Shown: positions 9,528-21,522, counted from the first letter of the stretch. The stretch: DNA of 64,000 bases from Bacteroidota bacterium (GCA_041695045.1 JBGFRR010000128.1:16004-80003); one strand, 5' to 3'. Numbers and translations: made by a program. Notes: generated from the sequence alone by a model not told the origin.

Positions 9528-10580
9528 ATGAGCCCAGAGCGAAAACTCAAGATTGTTGTTGATGCGATGGGGGGTGATTACGCCCCCGCCAACGAAGTGC
9601 TCGGCGCCCTTGCCGCGCTTGAGGAGCAGGCAGGAGAGTTTGAAATCATCCTGGTAGGAAACGAGCAGGAGATTCGCAAGAACCTCGCCGCGGCCAATGC
9701 CGCGGGAGCGGCATGCTCGGTGGTGCATGCCTCCGAGGTGGTGACGATGGAGGATTCACCAACAGCTGCGCTGAAGCACAAGAAGGACTCTTCCCTCGCT
9801 GTTGGGATGCGGCTCCATCGGGATGGTGAAGCAGACGCATTTGTGAGTGCGGGCAACACAGGCGCCGTACTTTCTGCATCGACGCTCATCCTCGGACGCG
9901 TTCGCGGCGTGAGCCGTCCGACGATTGGAGCGTTCTTTCCGTCTGAAACCGGCGTCTGCTTGCTACTCGATGCCGGTACGAATGTCGATTGCCGCCCCCA
10001 GCATCTCTATGAGTTTGCCGTCATGGGAAGCATCTATGCCAAGACGGTGATCAAGTATCATGACCCTACGGTTGGTCTTCTCAATGTTGGTGAAGAGGAG
10101 AAGAAGGGAACCGAAGTGGTGCAAGAAACCTACAGGATGCTGAAGGCAAGCCGATTGAATTTTATCGGCAATGTTGAGGGGCGGGACATTCTGAGAGGGA
10201 AGGCCCAGGTCGTTGTGTGCGATGGGTTTGTGGGAAATGTTGTGCTGAAGTTCGGGGAAAGCGTCCCCGGATTCCTGAAAAGCAGACTCCGGTCGTATGC
10301 AGAGAAAGACATCGTGCGAAAATTGCTTGTGGGATTGATGAGACGGCCGTTGAGATCATCGCTGTCCGATATGGACTATGAAGAGCATGGCGGTGTGCCG
10401 GTGCTCGGCGTGAACGGCGTCTCCATCATCGGACACGGCGGCTCTTCTCCGAAGGCAGTCAAGAATATGATTCTCAAAGCAGTCGAAGTCGCACGTGTGC
10501 AACTCAACAGGTGCATAGAAGAAGCGCTTGCGGAGTATGCTCCCCCTGTCGCAGCGCCGTCGTTGGACACTGCTGGATAG
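9528..10580 (+). CDS. plsX: phosphate acyltransferase PlsX
   Basis: [13 protein letters not shown]...GNEQEI... N-terminal PlsX signature. Synteny rpmF-plsX-fabH. Confidence 0.9.
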   Translation: MSPERKLKIVVDAMGGDYAPANEVLGALAALEEQAGEFEIILVGNEQEIRKNLAAANAAGAACSVVHASEVVTMEDSPTAALKHKKDSSLAVGMRLHRDGEADAFVSAGNTGAVLSASTLILGRVRGVSRPTIGAFFPSETGVCLLLDAGTNVDCRPQHLYEFAVMGSIYAKTVIKYHDPTVGLLNVGEEEKKGTEVVQETYRMLKASRLNFIGNVEGRDILRGKAQVVVCDGFVGNVVLKFGESVPGFLKSRLRSYAEKDIVRKLLVGLMRRPLRSSLSDMDYEEHGGVPVLGVNGVSIIGHGGSSPKAVKNMILKAVEVARVQLNRCIEEALAEYAPPVAAPSLDTAG

Positions 10581-10602
10581 CACGAGAAGGATTGTTGCCC
10601 CA

Positions 10603-11613
10603 ATGGGAAAACGTCGAGCTACCGTCACTGCTGTCGGCCACTATGTTCCGGAAAAAGTCCTGAGCAACAAGGACCTGGAAACAATGGTCGACACGAGCGA
10701 CGAATGGATTCGCACCCGCACCGGTATTGTCGAGCGCCGCATTCTTGAGAAGGGCGCAACCTCCGACCTCTGCGTCAAAGCCATCGAGCACCTGCTCTCC
10801 AACCGAACAATCGACCCCACGGAAATCGAAGTCATCATCGTCGCTACCGTTACTCCCGATATGCTGTTCCCGGCGACGGCGTGCATCGTTCAAGACAAGA
10901 TCGGTGCGGGCAAAGCGTGGGGGTTCGACCTTTCGGCAGCGTGCTCGGGTTTTCTTTATGCGCTCACGGTTGGGGCGCAGCTGATTGAGAGCGGCACGTA
11001 CTCGAAGGTCATCGTCGTTGGCGGGGATAAGATGAGCAGCATTGTCGACTACACCGACCGCAACAACTGCATCCTGTTTGGTGATGCCGCGGGCGCAGTG
11101 CTCTTGGAACCGAGCGACGACCCCGAGTACGGTCTTATCGACCATAAGCTGTATTGCGATGGCTCGGGCGGCGCTTATCTGTACATGAAAGGCGGCGGCA
11201 GTTTGTATCCGGCATCGCACGAGACGGTCGATAAACGGATGCACTTCATCTATCAAGATGGGAAGGCTGTCTTCAAAGTCGCCGTCATCGGGATGGCCGA
11301 GGTTTCTGCCGAGATCATTGAACGCAACAATCTTACAGCCGAAGACATCGCGTGGTTGGTTCCTCATCAGGCGAACATGCGCATCATCGACGCAACGGCG
11401 GAGCGCATGGGGCTTGACCGGTCGAAAGTGATGATCAACATCGACAAGTACGGGAACACGACCGCCGCCACGATTCCGCTCTGCTTGTCCGAGTGGTGGC
11501 ATTGTGGACGATTACGAAGAGGACAGAACATCGTACTGGCGAGTTTCGGCGCCGGCTACACGTGGGGCGCTGTACTGATCAAGTGGTCGTTGGAGAATCC
11601 TGCGAAGACTTAA
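10603..11613 (+). CDS. fabH: 3-oxoacyl-ACP synthase III
   Basis: [35 protein letters not shown]...[10 protein letters not shown]... active-site Cys context. ATG at 10603 inside listed ORF 10528. Confidence 0.9.
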   Translation: MGKRRATVTAVGHYVPEKVLSNKDLETMVDTSDEWIRTRTGIVERRILEKGATSDLCVKAIEHLLSNRTIDPTEIEVIIVATVTPDMLFPATACIVQDKIGAGKAWGFDLSAACSGFLYALTVGAQLIESGTYSKVIVVGGDKMSSIVDYTDRNNCILFGDAAGAVLLEPSDDPEYGLIDHKLYCDGSGGAYLYMKGGGSLYPASHETVDKRMHFIYQDGKAVFKVAVIGMAEVSAEIIERNNLTAEDIAWLVPHQANMRIIDATAERMGLDRSKVMINIDKYGNTTAATIPLCLSEWWHCGRLRRGQNIVLASFGAGYTWGAVLIKWSLENPAKT

Positions 11614-11760
11614 CCTGAAATGATGTCCCGAGTCAAACACGAAGTTGTTGCGATGGTCCAAGCCTTGCCGGATGAAGCGATGTACGATGAAATCATGGCG
11701 GAACAGTATTTCCGGCAACGCGTTGGTTTTTCATAACTATCTCGTTACACTATCTCATAG

Positions 11761-12672
11761 ATGAGCGTAACGGCTTTCGTTTTTCCCGGTCAGGGGTCCC
11801 AATATGTAGGAATGGGCAAGGACCTGTATGATCAGAGTCATGCAGCACGAACACTGTTTGAGCAAGCCGACCGGATCGTCGGCGTGCCGCTGAGCAAGAT
11901 TTGTTTTGAAGGGCCGGAGGACGAGCTGAAGCAAACCAGGAATACGCAGCCGGCAATTTTCGTCCACAGCGTTATCCTCACCCGGCTCTATCGTGGAACG
12001 CCGCCCGCAATGGCGGCTGGGCACTCCCTCGGTGAATACTCAGCCCTCGTTGCAGCCGGCGCATTGACATTCGAAGATGGCTTGCGACTGGTTCGCTTGC
12101 GCGGCGAGTTGATGCAGCGCGCGGGAACCGAAAACCCCGGCACCATGGCCGCGGTGATCGGCCTGCAGCCCGAAGTTGTCGATGACGTGTGCCGAAAGGC
12201 ATCAAGGGACGGAATTGTCCAGGCGGCCAACTTCAACAGCCCCGGTCAGGTGGTTATCTCTGGCTCCGTCGCGGGCGTGCAGAAGGCGATGGAATTGGCC
12301 AAGGAGCACGGTGCCAAACTCGTGAAGGAACTGCCTGTGAGTGGCGCGTTTCATTCGCCACTCATGGCGTCGGCAAAGGAAGGTCTTCGCGCTGCGCTCG
12401 AAGAGGCGGATGTTCGCGATGCCGCAATACCGGTCTATGCAAACGTTACCGCAAAGCCTGTTCAGAAGGCGGAAGAGATTCGAACACTGCTGCACGAGCA
12501 AATCACCAGCCCGGTTCGGTGGGAAGAGACCATTCTCAACATGGTTGCGGACGGAGCCGTGAAGTTCGTCGAGGTCGGCCCGGGTAAAGTGCTGCAGGGG
12601 CTCGTGAAACGAATTGCTTCAGCAGGAGAAGTGTCCGGCGTCGAGCGGTATCAGGACGTTGCGCAGGCTTAG
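11761..12672 (+). CDS. fabD: malonyl-CoA:ACP transacylase
   Basis: FVFPGQGSQYVGMG...GHSLGEYSALVAAGAL (GHSLG nucleophile elbow). Confidence 0.9.
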   Translation: MSVTAFVFPGQGSQYVGMGKDLYDQSHAARTLFEQADRIVGVPLSKICFEGPEDELKQTRNTQPAIFVHSVILTRLYRGTPPAMAAGHSLGEYSALVAAGALTFEDGLRLVRLRGELMQRAGTENPGTMAAVIGLQPEVVDDVCRKASRDGIVQAANFNSPGQVVISGSVAGVQKAMELAKEHGAKLVKELPVSGAFHSPLMASAKEGLRAALEEADVRDAAIPVYANVTAKPVQKAEEIRTLLHEQITSPVRWEETILNMVADGAVKFVEVGPGKVLQGLVKRIASAGEVSGVERYQDVAQA

Positions 12673-12691
12673 TAGAAAGGCACACGAACCG

Positions 12692-13438
12692 ATGGCTGTC
12701 TTGCAGGGTCATGTCGCACTTGTTACCGGAGGCTCACGCGGGATCGGGAGAGCGATTGCGCTCGCGTTCGCCGATGAAGGATGCAGTGTGGCATTCACCT
12801 ACAAGAGTGCAAGCTCGGCTGCGGACGAAGTGGTGAAGGCGATTGAAGCCAAAGGCCGGCGAACGCTGGCGATTCAGTCGGATGCAAAGCAGTTCGACGA
12901 TGCCGCCAAGGTGGTCGAGCAGGTCATAGCGCGGTTCCAACGGCTGGACATCCTCGTGAACAATGCCGGCATTACGCGAGACACTCTGCTCTTACGAATG
13001 TCCGAGCAAGACTGGGATGAGGTCATCGAGACGAACCTCAAGAGCGCGTTCAATTTTTCGAAAGCGGCCTGCAAGCCGATGATGAGCCAGCGCCGGGGAA
13101 GGATCGTGAACATGAGCTCCATCGCCGGTATCGTTGGGAATCCGGGCCAGACGAACTATGCAGCGGCCAAAGCCGGCATGATCGGGATGACGAAAACACT
13201 TGCAAAAGAATTAGCATCCCGTAATATTCTTGTCAACGCCGTTGCCCCCGGCTTCGTGGATACGGACATGACGCAGAAACTCAACGAGCAGCAGCGCGAG
13301 GCGTTGTTGAGCCTTGTCCCTCTCAAACGCATGGGCACACCGTCCGAAATTGCAAGCGTTGTTGTGTTCCTCAGTTCACCCGCATCCAGCTACATGACCG
13401 GACAAGTCCTCTGTGTGGATGGCGGTATGGTGATGTAA
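12692..13438 (+). CDS. fabG: 3-oxoacyl-ACP reductase
   Basis: [16 protein letters not shown] Rossmann motif, NAG, YAAAKAG catalytic Tyr-Lys. ATG at 12692 within listed ORF 12614. Confidence 0.85.
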   Translation: MAVLQGHVALVTGGSRGIGRAIALAFADEGCSVAFTYKSASSAADEVVKAIEAKGRRTLAIQSDAKQFDDAAKVVEQVIARFQRLDILVNNAGITRDTLLLRMSEQDWDEVIETNLKSAFNFSKAACKPMMSQRRGRIVNMSSIAGIVGNPGQTNYAAAKAGMIGMTKTLAKELASRNILVNAVAPGFVDTDMTQKLNEQQREALLSLVPLKRMGTPSEIASVVVFLSSPASSYMTGQVLCVDGGMVM

Positions 13439-13475
13439 CTGTTCTCACATCCAACTTACAGTAAGGAGACCTCTT

Positions 13476-13715
13476 ATGGCAGAAGTCGATGCGAAGATCA
13501 AAGAAATCATCGTGAACAAGCTTGGGGTTGATGAATCCCAGATCACCCCGGAAGCTTCCTTTACGAACGATCTCGGTGCCGATTCCCTCGACACCGTCGA
13601 GCTCGTAATGGAATTTGAGAAGGCGTTCAACGTTCAGATTCCGGACGAGGATGCCGAGAAGATTGCAACCGTCGGCGATGCCATTAAGTACATGCAGTCC
13701 AAGCTCGGAACGTAA
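13476..13715 (+). CDS. acpP: acyl carrier protein
   Basis: [16 protein letters not shown] phosphopantetheine-attachment motif. 79 aa. Confidence 0.9.
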   Translation: MAEVDAKIKEIIVNKLGVDESQITPEASFTNDLGADSLDTVELVMEFEKAFNVQIPDEDAEKIATVGDAIKYMQSKLGT

Positions 13716-13818
13716 CCTGCCTGCGGCGGGTAGAGCGCTGTCGTTGAGAACGGGCACTGCGGGCGCAGAGCGTCTCCGCAACGCCCACGCATGCACGATT
13801 ACACGAGGATGATCCATT

Positions 13819-15078
13819 ATGGCCTTTCATGGACAGGGACGGCGAGTTGTGGTGACAGGGATGGGTGCCGTAACACCGCTCGGCCTAACGGTTGATGAGT
13901 ACTGGAACAATCTGCTTGCCGGCAAAAGTGGCGTTGGACTCATCACCGCGTTCGATGCGTCCGGCTACGATACGAAGTTTGCCGCAGAGCTGAAGGGCTT
14001 CGATCCGCTCCGATACATGGATCGAAAGCTCGCACAGCGGTGCGACCCGTTCACACAGTACGCATTGGCTTCAACCGACATGGCAATGACCGACTGCGGG
14101 TTGAATTTGGAGAAGGAGGATCGCGAGAGAATCGGCGTCATCGTCGGTTCCGGTATCGGCGGAATGGGAACCTACCACAAGCAGCAGGAGACGATCTGGG
14201 ATAGCAAAGGCCCGCACCGGATCAGCCCGTTCTTCATCCCGATGATGATCGCCGATATTGCCGCGGGCCGCATCTCCATGCGCTACGGTCTCAAAGGGCC
14301 GAATTATGCCACAACATCGGCGTGTGCGACAGCGTCGCATGCGATCGGTGATGCATTCATCCTCATCCAGCGCGGTGACGCCGACGTCATGGTAACGGGC
14401 GGAGCGGAAGCACCGATCTGTCCGATGGGCGTGGGGGGATTCAACGCCATGAAGGCTCTCTCCATGCGCAACGATGCACCGGAAAAAGCCAGCCGGCCGT
14501 TCGACAAGGACCGCGATGGCTTTGTGATGGGGGAAGGAAGCGCCATTCTCATTCTGGAAGAATTGGAGCACGCCCGCAAACGCGGGGCGAAGATGTACGC
14601 GGAACTTGCAGGACTCGGCTTCACTGCCGATGCGCATCACATCACCGAGCCTGCGCCCGGCGGTGAGGGAGCGGTGCGGTCGATGCGCCTCGCCATCAAA
14701 GACGCCGGCCTGCAACCCGAAGACGTTCAGTACATCAACACCCACGGCACATCGACGCCGATAGGCGACAAGAGTGAAACCACCGCGATCAAGACGGTGT
14801 TCGGCCAGCACGCATACACGATGGCGGTCAACTCCACAAAATCCATGATCGGCCACTTGCTCGGCGCTGCCGGAGCGGTGGAAGCCGTGGCAACCATTTT
14901 GTCGATCGTGCACAACAAAGTCCACCCGACGATCAATCAGGACACACCAGACCCCGAGTGCGACTTGAACTATATTCCAAACCGTGCACAGGATTGGGAG
15001 ATTCACGCGGCAATCAGTAACACATTCGGGTTTGGTGGCCACAACGCCTCGTTGTTGTTCCGCAAACTCGTCAACTAA
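13819..15078 (+). CDS. fabF: 3-oxoacyl-ACP synthase II
   Basis: ATTSACATASHAIGDA active-site Cys context. HGTSTPIGD and NTFGFGGHNAS C-terminal motifs. Confidence 0.9.
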   Translation: MAFHGQGRRVVVTGMGAVTPLGLTVDEYWNNLLAGKSGVGLITAFDASGYDTKFAAELKGFDPLRYMDRKLAQRCDPFTQYALASTDMAMTDCGLNLEKEDRERIGVIVGSGIGGMGTYHKQQETIWDSKGPHRISPFFIPMMIADIAAGRISMRYGLKGPNYATTSACATASHAIGDAFILIQRGDADVMVTGGAEAPICPMGVGGFNAMKALSMRNDAPEKASRPFDKDRDGFVMGEGSAILILEELEHARKRGAKMYAELAGLGFTADAHHITEPAPGGEGAVRSMRLAIKDAGLQPEDVQYINTHGTSTPIGDKSETTAIKTVFGQHAYTMAVNSTKSMIGHLLGAAGAVEAVATILSIVHNKVHPTINQDTPDPECDLNYIPNRAQDWEIHAAISNTFGFGGHNASLLFRKLVN

Positions 15079-15108
15079 CGGCGGGTTGCACGGGGGTTGG
15101 AGTGAACC

Positions 15109-15945
15109 TTGTTCAAAGCAGTCCTGCATACACTGGCGACAGTCGTTGGTCTGAGAGGCAGGCAGAGCGCTCGCGTTCGCGAGCTCATGCAGCACCTCAA
15201 GCAGATACACGGGGGGAAGGAATTCGATGTCGCCAGGTTCGCACGCGCCATCGGCTACGCGCCGCACAACTGGGATCTCTTCTACGAAGCCCTCCTGCAT
15301 CGTTCCTTCCTGCAGTACGTCGACCGATCTTGGCAGTCGAACGAGCGTCTCGAATTCCTCGGCGACGCCGTCTTGAGCTTCATCGTGACCGACGACCTCT
15401 CTGCCACAAACCCCACGATGGAAGAAGGAGAGCTCACGAAGATCCGGTCGAGGCTCGTCAATCGGAAGATTCTTGCCCAGCGCGCCCGTGAGCTTGGACT
15501 GACCGAGTTTCTGTTATTAAGCCCCAGCGCTGCACAATCCATCGATAGCGGCTTCGAATCCATCCTCTCGGACGCCTTCGAAGCGATTGTCGGCGCCATC
15601 TATCTGGACGGCGGCATCCACGCGGCGCGAACATTTGTACGAACCACGCTCCTTGCCGACCGGGACATTATGGTCATCGCCCTCACGGACGACAACTACA
15701 AGAGCGCACTGCTGGAATACTCGCAGGGGCACGCGATGGGAAGCCCCCGCTACAACGTGCTGAAGGAGGAAGGGCCTGACCACGACCGTCGCTTCACCGT
15801 TGAAGTACTGCTCGGTTCATCCCACTTTGGTGTTGGCACCGGCAGAAGTAAACGAGAGGCCGAACAGGCCGCGGCTGCACAAGCGCTGGAACGCATCCAA
15901 CAGGAAACGAATACGCATCCCCACAAAGAACAAAATGAACGCTGA
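15109..15945 (+). CDS. rnc: ribonuclease III
   Basis: [15 protein letters not shown] RNase III signature; C-terminal dsRBD. Alternative start at ATG 15187 (MQHLKQ...) would give a more typical length. Confidence 0.8.
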   Translation: MFKAVLHTLATVVGLRGRQSARVRELMQHLKQIHGGKEFDVARFARAIGYAPHNWDLFYEALLHRSFLQYVDRSWQSNERLEFLGDAVLSFIVTDDLSATNPTMEEGELTKIRSRLVNRKILAQRARELGLTEFLLLSPSAAQSIDSGFESILSDAFEAIVGAIYLDGGIHAARTFVRTTLLADRDIMVIALTDDNYKSALLEYSQGHAMGSPRYNVLKEEGPDHDRRFTVEVLLGSSHFGVGTGRSKREAEQAAAAQALERIQQETNTHPHKEQNER

Positions 15946-18820
15946 ATTTCAATCCCGTCACATCGGTCCACAAGAAGACGACCTCGCCGCCATGCTTGAA
16001 GTGGTCGGCTCGGAATCGCTCGACCAACTCATCGACGAAACAATCCCTCCGGAAATTAGGCTGAACGATCCGCTACAACTGCCGCCGGCGATGACGGAAT
16101 ATCAATACCTGCGCGCCATGAGGGAGCGGGCGATGAAGAATACCGTTCTCAAGTCGTACCTCGGCCAGGGTTACTACAACTGCATCGTGCCGAGCGTCAT
16201 CCAGCGCAACGTTTTCGAAAACCCCGGCTGGTACACGCAGTACACACCGTATCAAGCGGAGATATCGCAGGGAAGGCTTGAAGCGCTTCTGAATTTCCAG
16301 ACGATGGTAAGCGACCTGACCGGCATGGAGGTCGCCAACGCGTCGCTCTTAGATGAAGGGACGGCTGCCGCCGAAGCCATGGCGATGGCGTACACCATCG
16401 TCAGCAAGCGACAGAACGGAACGCCCGCAACGAAATTCTTTGTGTCCCACCGATGCTTCCAGACGACGATTGATGTGGTGCTGACACGCGCTGAGCCGCT
16501 AGGGATCGATGTTGTGGTCGGTGATCATGAGAAAGCAGAGCTCGACGCCTCGTACTTTGGCGCGCTGCTGCAGTTTCCGACTGATGACGGCGAGGTGCTG
16601 GACTATCGTCCGTTTGTGCAGAAACTTCATGAGCTTGGCGGGATGATCGTTGTTGCCGCCGACCTCCTCTCGCTCGCGCTCCTGACGCCGCCGGGCGAAT
16701 GGGGTGCGGATATCGTCGTGGGGAACAGCCAGCGTTTCGGCGTACCAATGGGGTACGGCGGGCCGCATGCCGCGTACTTTGCCACGCGCACGGAGCATAT
16801 CCGCTCAATGCCCGGCCGCATTATCGGTGTTTCGGTGGATGCACACGGGAACCGCGGCTACCGGATGACACTCCAAACGCGCGAGCAGCATATTCGTCGT
16901 GAAAAAGCGACGTCGAACATCTGCACGGCTCAGGCATTGTTAGCCATCATGGCCGGCATGTACGCTGTTTACCACGGCCCGAAAGGAGTTCGCGCCATCG
17001 CCGAGCGCGTACATCGCATGGCCGCGACCCTTGAGGCTGAGCTTCAGCGGCTCGGCTACAAACAGCTGAACAGCGTTTTCTTCGACACGCTCCGCATTGA
17101 CGCAGGCGACGCTTCCGCCGCGGGCCGCATTCACAACCTCGCGCTCGAGGCCGGATACAACCTGCGCGCCATCCCGCCAAAGGCGGGACACATCGGCATT
17201 GCGCTCGATGAGACAACGCTTGAGGAGGATATCGAAATACTCTTTAGCGTCTTCGCGAAGGCGAAAGGAGCGAGTGCTGTGGGAAAGGGAAACCACGCCG
17301 AGACGAACAACGCTTTCCCCGAGCCGTTCCGCCGTCGCTCACCATATCTCACGCATCCCGTCTTTTTGCGCTATCATTCCGAAACGGAGATGATGCGCTA
17401 CATCAAGAGCCTTGAGAACAAAGACCTCTCACTGATGCATTCGATGATCCCCCTTGGCTCCTGCACGATGAAACTCAACGCCGCCACGGAGTTGATGCCC
17501 GTGAGTTGGCCGGAGTTTGCTCATTTGCATCCGTTTGCTCCCATCGAGCAGGCGCGTGGGTATCAGGAACTCTTCCGTGAGTTGGAGGAGTATCTGTGTG
17601 CGATGACAGGACTTGCGGGCGCTTCCCTGCAGCCGAATTCCGGTGCGCAGGGGGAGTTTACCGGCTTGCTTGTCATCCGCGCGTATTATGCCGACCGAGG
17701 AGAGAAGCAGCGTAACGTGGCACTCATCCCTTCTTCCGCACACGGCACGAATCCTGCCAGCGCAGTGATGGCCGGGATGCAGGTCGTGGTCGTGAATTGC
17801 GATGACAGAGGGAACATCGATGTCGACGATTTGCGCGCGAAGGCTTCGGCACATCGCGATAGACTTGCTGCGCTCATGGTGACGTATCCGTCAACATTCG
17901 GAATTTATGAAGAGCACATCAAAGAGGTCTGCGCCGTTGTCCATGAGTACGGCGGGCAGGTCTATATGGATGGCGCAAACCTCAACGCGCAGGTTGGGCT
18001 GTCGAATGCGGGCGTCATCGGTGCGGATGTTTGCCACATCAATCTTCACAAGACGTTCAGTATTCCTCATGGCGGCGGCGGTCCGGGTATGGGACCCATC
18101 TGCGTCGCAGAGCATCTTGTCCCGTTTCTGCCGGGTCATTCTGCGGTGAAGGGGCAAAGCGGCAAAGCGATTCGCGCGGTCGCGTCGGCCCCGTGGTCGA
18201 GTGCCAGTATTCTGCCCATCTCGTACGGCTACATCCGGTTGCTTGGCGCTGAAGGATGCACCGAGGCAAGCCGCTATGCCATCCTCAACGCAAACTATCT
18301 GAAACGGAAACTCGAGACACACTATCCCGTGCTGTATGAAGGAAGGAACGGCCGCGTGGCGCACGAGTTCATTCTCAACACGAAGCAGTTTAAGGACGCG
18401 GCAGGAGTTGATGTTGAAGACATCGCCAAACGGTTGATGGATTACGGCTTTCACGCACCGACCGTCTCGTTCCCTGTTGCGGGAACGTTGATGATCGAAC
18501 CGACGGAAAGCGAGTCGAAGGAAGAACTCGACCGCTTTGCCGACGCGTTGATTGCCATCCGCAGCGAAATCCAAGAAATCATCGACGGCGTGGCTGACCG
18601 GAACGATAACGTCCTCAAAAACGCTCCACACACCGCGCAGGCGATTGCCGTCGATGCCTGGACGCATCCCTACGGCCGTGAGAAGGCGGCGTATCCGCTG
18701 CCGTTCGTGCGGGAGCGGAAATTCTGGCCGCCGGTGGGGAGAATCAACAACACGTACGGCGATCGCAACATCATCTGTACCTGTCCACCCCTCGAAGCAT
18801 ACGCCGAGGAAACTGCCTGA
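15935..18820 (+). CDS. gcvP: glycine dehydrogenase (decarboxylating), single-chain P-protein
   Basis: 961 aa from [22 protein letters not shown]... PLP-dependent fold motifs ([11 protein letters not shown]..., [16 protein letters not shown]). The ATG overlaps the rnc stop by about 11 nt. The listed ORF start at 15800 is over-extended. Confidence 0.85.
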   Translation: MNAEFQSRHIGPQEDDLAAMLEVVGSESLDQLIDETIPPEIRLNDPLQLPPAMTEYQYLRAMRERAMKNTVLKSYLGQGYYNCIVPSVIQRNVFENPGWYTQYTPYQAEISQGRLEALLNFQTMVSDLTGMEVANASLLDEGTAAAEAMAMAYTIVSKRQNGTPATKFFVSHRCFQTTIDVVLTRAEPLGIDVVVGDHEKAELDASYFGALLQFPTDDGEVLDYRPFVQKLHELGGMIVVAADLLSLALLTPPGEWGADIVVGNSQRFGVPMGYGGPHAAYFATRTEHIRSMPGRIIGVSVDAHGNRGYRMTLQTREQHIRREKATSNICTAQALLAIMAGMYAVYHGPKGVRAIAERVHRMAATLEAELQRLGYKQLNSVFFDTLRIDAGDASAAGRIHNLALEAGYNLRAIPPKAGHIGIALDETTLEEDIEILFSVFAKAKGASAVGKGNHAETNNAFPEPFRRRSPYLTHPVFLRYHSETEMMRYIKSLENKDLSLMHSMIPLGSCTMKLNAATELMPVSWPEFAHLHPFAPIEQARGYQELFRELEEYLCAMTGLAGASLQPNSGAQGEFTGLLVIRAYYADRGEKQRNVALIPSSAHGTNPASAVMAGMQVVVVNCDDRGNIDVDDLRAKASAHRDRLAALMVTYPSTFGIYEEHIKEVCAVVHEYGGQVYMDGANLNAQVGLSNAGVIGADVCHINLHKTFSIPHGGGGPGMGPICVAEHLVPFLPGHSAVKGQSGKAIRAVASAPWSSASILPISYGYIRLLGAEGCTEASRYAILNANYLKRKLETHYPVLYEGRNGRVAHEFILNTKQFKDAAGVDVEDIAKRLMDYGFHAPTVSFPVAGTLMIEPTESESKEELDRFADALIAIRSEIQEIIDGVADRNDNVLKNAPHTAQAIAVDAWTHPYGREKAAYPLPFVRERKFWPPVGRINNTYGDRNIICTCPPLEAYAEETA

Positions 18821-18845
18821 ATCCGCCGAAGGCGGAGAAGCAACC

Positions 18846-19283
18846 ATGCCGGTCGAACGCGACGACATCCTCCGAGAAATTCTCGCCAATGCGAAGACCA
18901 TTGCAGTTGTCGGCGCCTCACAGAAACCGTGGCGGGACAGCAACAGCATCGCGCAGTTCTTGATGAATCGCGGGTACGCGGTCTTTCCGGTCAACCCGAA
19001 GTACGATGAAGTCCTCGGGGTCAAGTGCTACGCGTCGTTGCGTGATGTTCCCGAACAGATCGATATTGTCGATGTGTTTCGCCAGTCCGATGCTGTTCCC
19101 GAGATTGTCGATGAAGCCCTTGCTGTCGGTGCGAAGACGCTCTGGCTTCAGCTCGGTGTTGTCCATGAAGAAGCGGCTCGCCGCGCCGAACAGGCGGGAT
19201 TGAACGTGGTGATGGACCATTGCATTGCTGTTGCCTATCGTCGGTTGATGAACCGTTCACAGGCAGTGGGGAAGGGGACGTGA
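18846..19283 (+). CDS. CoA-binding domain protein (YccU-like)
   Basis: ILANAKTIAVVGASQKPWRDSNSIAQFLMNRGYAVFPVNPKY... Rossmann-like CoA-binding signature. ATG at 18846 within listed ORF 18552. Confidence 0.6.
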   Translation: MPVERDDILREILANAKTIAVVGASQKPWRDSNSIAQFLMNRGYAVFPVNPKYDEVLGVKCYASLRDVPEQIDIVDVFRQSDAVPEIVDEALAVGAKTLWLQLGVVHEEAARRAEQAGLNVVMDHCIAVAYRRLMNRSQAVGKGT

Positions 19284-19293
19284 TCGAAGAGAC

Positions 19294-20586
19294 GTGAGAG
19301 GCTTGTTCGTTCATATTCTCTTATTGGCGGCGATGAGGCTGTCGATTGCGCAAGAGGTGCCGGAAGAGCGCTTGATCGTGCATGAGGTTGTTGTAACCGG
19401 CAACGAAGTGACGAAAGACTACATCATCCTGCGCGAGATGAAGCTCAGGCCTGGCGTGGAAGTGACACCCGAAGTCCTTGAGCATGACCAGAAACGCATC
19501 TACAGTTTGGGTCTCTTCAACAAGGTGGATGTTGCCGTGCGCGAGGAGAGCGCAAAGGCGACAGTTGTCGTGACGGTCGATGAGCGGTGGTATTTCTTCC
19601 CGTTTCCTGTCTTCGGGTTCCGGTTCCGTGACCCGAAAAATATTTACTACGGTGTAGGCGTCCTGCACAATAACGTGCGCGGGCGAAACGAGAAACTCTT
19701 TGCCTCGTTTGCCCTCGGTTTCGACCGGTGGGTACAGGTCGTCTATCAAAACCCGAAGCTCACGGACGGTAATGATATTTTCTTCCGCGGTCAAGTCATG
19801 TACGCCAAGGTACACAATCTCAGCCGGACCAACGGGATGTACAATCAGATCAATTTCAAATCCAGCCTCATGGTCGGAAAGCGTTACGGTCTGTATCAGA
19901 CTCTGCTCGGATGGATAGACTACGACGTCTGGACCATCTCCAACCCCGGCCTTCAACGCACCGTCTCTCCCGACGGACAGGACGCGTTCTTCACCCTCGG
20001 CGCCAATTATATGTTTGATTCACGAGACGTGCGCGAGTATCCGACCGGCGGTGCGTTTGTGAGTCTCTCAGCGCGCAAGCATGGATTCGGTGAATCGGAC
20101 ATGGATCTCTTCCGCTACGGCTACGATGCGCGGGTGTTTGTGCCGCTCATGGATGGTGTTACGTTGGCAACGCGGTCGTTTGCGAGCTTCATCAGCGGCG
20201 GGATTGTTCCGACGTACCGCAATGTCTACTTCGGTTACGACGAACGCATTCGCGGACATTTCCACACCGTGCTCGAAGGAGAAAATATCTTCGGCCTTAG
20301 CTCTGAAGTTCGGATCCCGCTTCTGCATCCTCGTTATTATCAACTTCCTTTCGAATTCATCATCCCTCAGTTCAGAACGCTCCGGTACGGCTTATATGCG
20401 GGAGTGTTTTTCGATGCTGGAAAGATATGGTATCGCAGTTCCTCATTCGGAAACGTACCCTGGTATGCCGGATACGGCGGCGGGCTGCACATTCTGTTGC
20501 CCTACAGTATGGTCGTCCGCACGGAATACGGGATCAGTCTTGAGGGGAAGGGGGAGTTCATTCTCGACTTTGGCGTGTCGTTTTAA
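19294..20586 (+). CDS. Omp85-family outer-membrane protein (single POTRA plus bacterial surface-antigen beta-barrel)
   Basis: Signal-peptide-like start. POTRA-like VVTGNEVTKDYIILREMKLRPG. C-terminal aromatic-rich beta-strands ending ...ILDFGVSF. Confidence 0.6.
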   Translation: MRGLFVHILLLAAMRLSIAQEVPEERLIVHEVVVTGNEVTKDYIILREMKLRPGVEVTPEVLEHDQKRIYSLGLFNKVDVAVREESAKATVVVTVDERWYFFPFPVFGFRFRDPKNIYYGVGVLHNNVRGRNEKLFASFALGFDRWVQVVYQNPKLTDGNDIFFRGQVMYAKVHNLSRTNGMYNQINFKSSLMVGKRYGLYQTLLGWIDYDVWTISNPGLQRTVSPDGQDAFFTLGANYMFDSRDVREYPTGGAFVSLSARKHGFGESDMDLFRYGYDARVFVPLMDGVTLATRSFASFISGGIVPTYRNVYFGYDERIRGHFHTVLEGENIFGLSSEVRIPLLHPRYYQLPFEFIIPQFRTLRYGLYAGVFFDAGKIWYRSSSFGNVPWYAGYGGGLHILLPYSMVVRTEYGISLEGKGEFILDFGVSF

Positions 20587-20588
20587 GT

Positions 20589-21305
20589 ATGGATTACTTC
20601 TACGTCGACTCGAAGAACATCCACGGCACAACGTTGCTCATTATGGATGATGAGTTCAAGCATCTCGCGCGTGTCCTGCGGAAGAACGTAGGGGAGCACA
20701 TTCGCGTTACCGATGGGAACGACCGCATGTTCACGGCAATCATCCGGTCGTTCGACCATGATGCGGCTGAGTGCGAGATTGTGGAAACGCGAACGCGCGT
20801 CAACGAACCGACGGTCGATATAACGGTTGCGATGTCGTTGCTCAAGAATCCCGGACGGATGGATTTCTTCGTCGAGAAGGCGACCGAGTTTGGCGCACGG
20901 ACGGTCATTCCCCTGCTCTGTGAACGGACGATTCCGCAGCGGGAAAAACACAGCAGGCTCGAAAGCATTGCTCTTGCGGCGATGAAACAATGCGGACGCT
21001 CGTACCGGCCGCGCATCTTTGTGCTCACGCAATTTGAAACGCTCGTGAGAAACTCGGCCGCCTACGACGTGAAGCTCATTCCCCACGAACAAACTGAGCA
21101 ATCGCAGTTTATCGGCACGGTGCTGCGCCACCACCCCTCGGCGCGGTCGGTGCTCATCGTCATCGGACCGGAAGGGGGCTTCACGAACGACGAGCTTGCT
21201 CTCGCTTCGGCAAACGGCTTTGTGCCGATCTCCCTGGGCGCCCGACGTTTGCGCTCGGAATCCGCAGGACTGTACGCGCTCGCATGGCTGGGTGGTGGGT
21301 GGTAG
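20589..21305 (+). CDS. rsmE: 16S rRNA (uracil1498-N3)-methyltransferase
   Basis: RsmE/DUF558 features: N-terminal PUA-like region, VLIVIGPEGGFTNDELALA...ISLGARRLRSE motif. Confidence 0.8.
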   Translation: MDYFYVDSKNIHGTTLLIMDDEFKHLARVLRKNVGEHIRVTDGNDRMFTAIIRSFDHDAAECEIVETRTRVNEPTVDITVAMSLLKNPGRMDFFVEKATEFGARTVIPLLCERTIPQREKHSRLESIALAAMKQCGRSYRPRIFVLTQFETLVRNSAAYDVKLIPHEQTEQSQFIGTVLRHHPSARSVLIVIGPEGGFTNDELALASANGFVPISLGARRLRSESAGLYALAWLGGGW

Positions 21306-21522
21306 GGGCAAGGGGCGGGAGGTCAGCTTGCTCGCCGAAGTGTTTTTTAACGTAGGCGGGAGATCAACCCGTCGTGGCGCTAAGGCGCCCACAGTTGTTC
21401 GGGAGTGCCCCGCTCTAAAAACGAGCGGGACAGGCAACTCCCTCACAACTTTTAGAGTGAGCCTCTGGCTCAAGTCTATGGCTGAGTAATCCCGAGGATA
21501 GACTGAAGAAGAGAAGAAGACT

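Noticed and set aside
10504-11502. 332-aa ORF on the minus strand
   Set aside because: It lies entirely antisense to fabH, whose product has unmistakable KAS-III motifs. Its translation is low-complexity and Arg/Asp-rich. This is a typical high-GC shadow ORF.
14071-15300. 409-aa minus-strand ORF
   Set aside because: Antisense to fabF and rnc, with no motif content. Same shadow-ORF artefact. The same reasoning was applied to 17891-19024, 19321-19956, 20583-21536, 21775-22800, 5328-6260, 6726-7328, 28399-29013, 35525-36310, 42443-42976, 45952-47337, 49273-50169, 51469-52086, 53639-54250, 57508-58515, 60682-61272 and 61399-62151.
21306-21522. SRP (4.5S) RNA candidate because of a GGUCAGC-like segment
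   Set aside because: Beyond that heptamer the domain-IV consensus (AGGUCAGGUCCGGAAGGAAGCAGC) is not present. It is kept only as a generic structured-leader finding.
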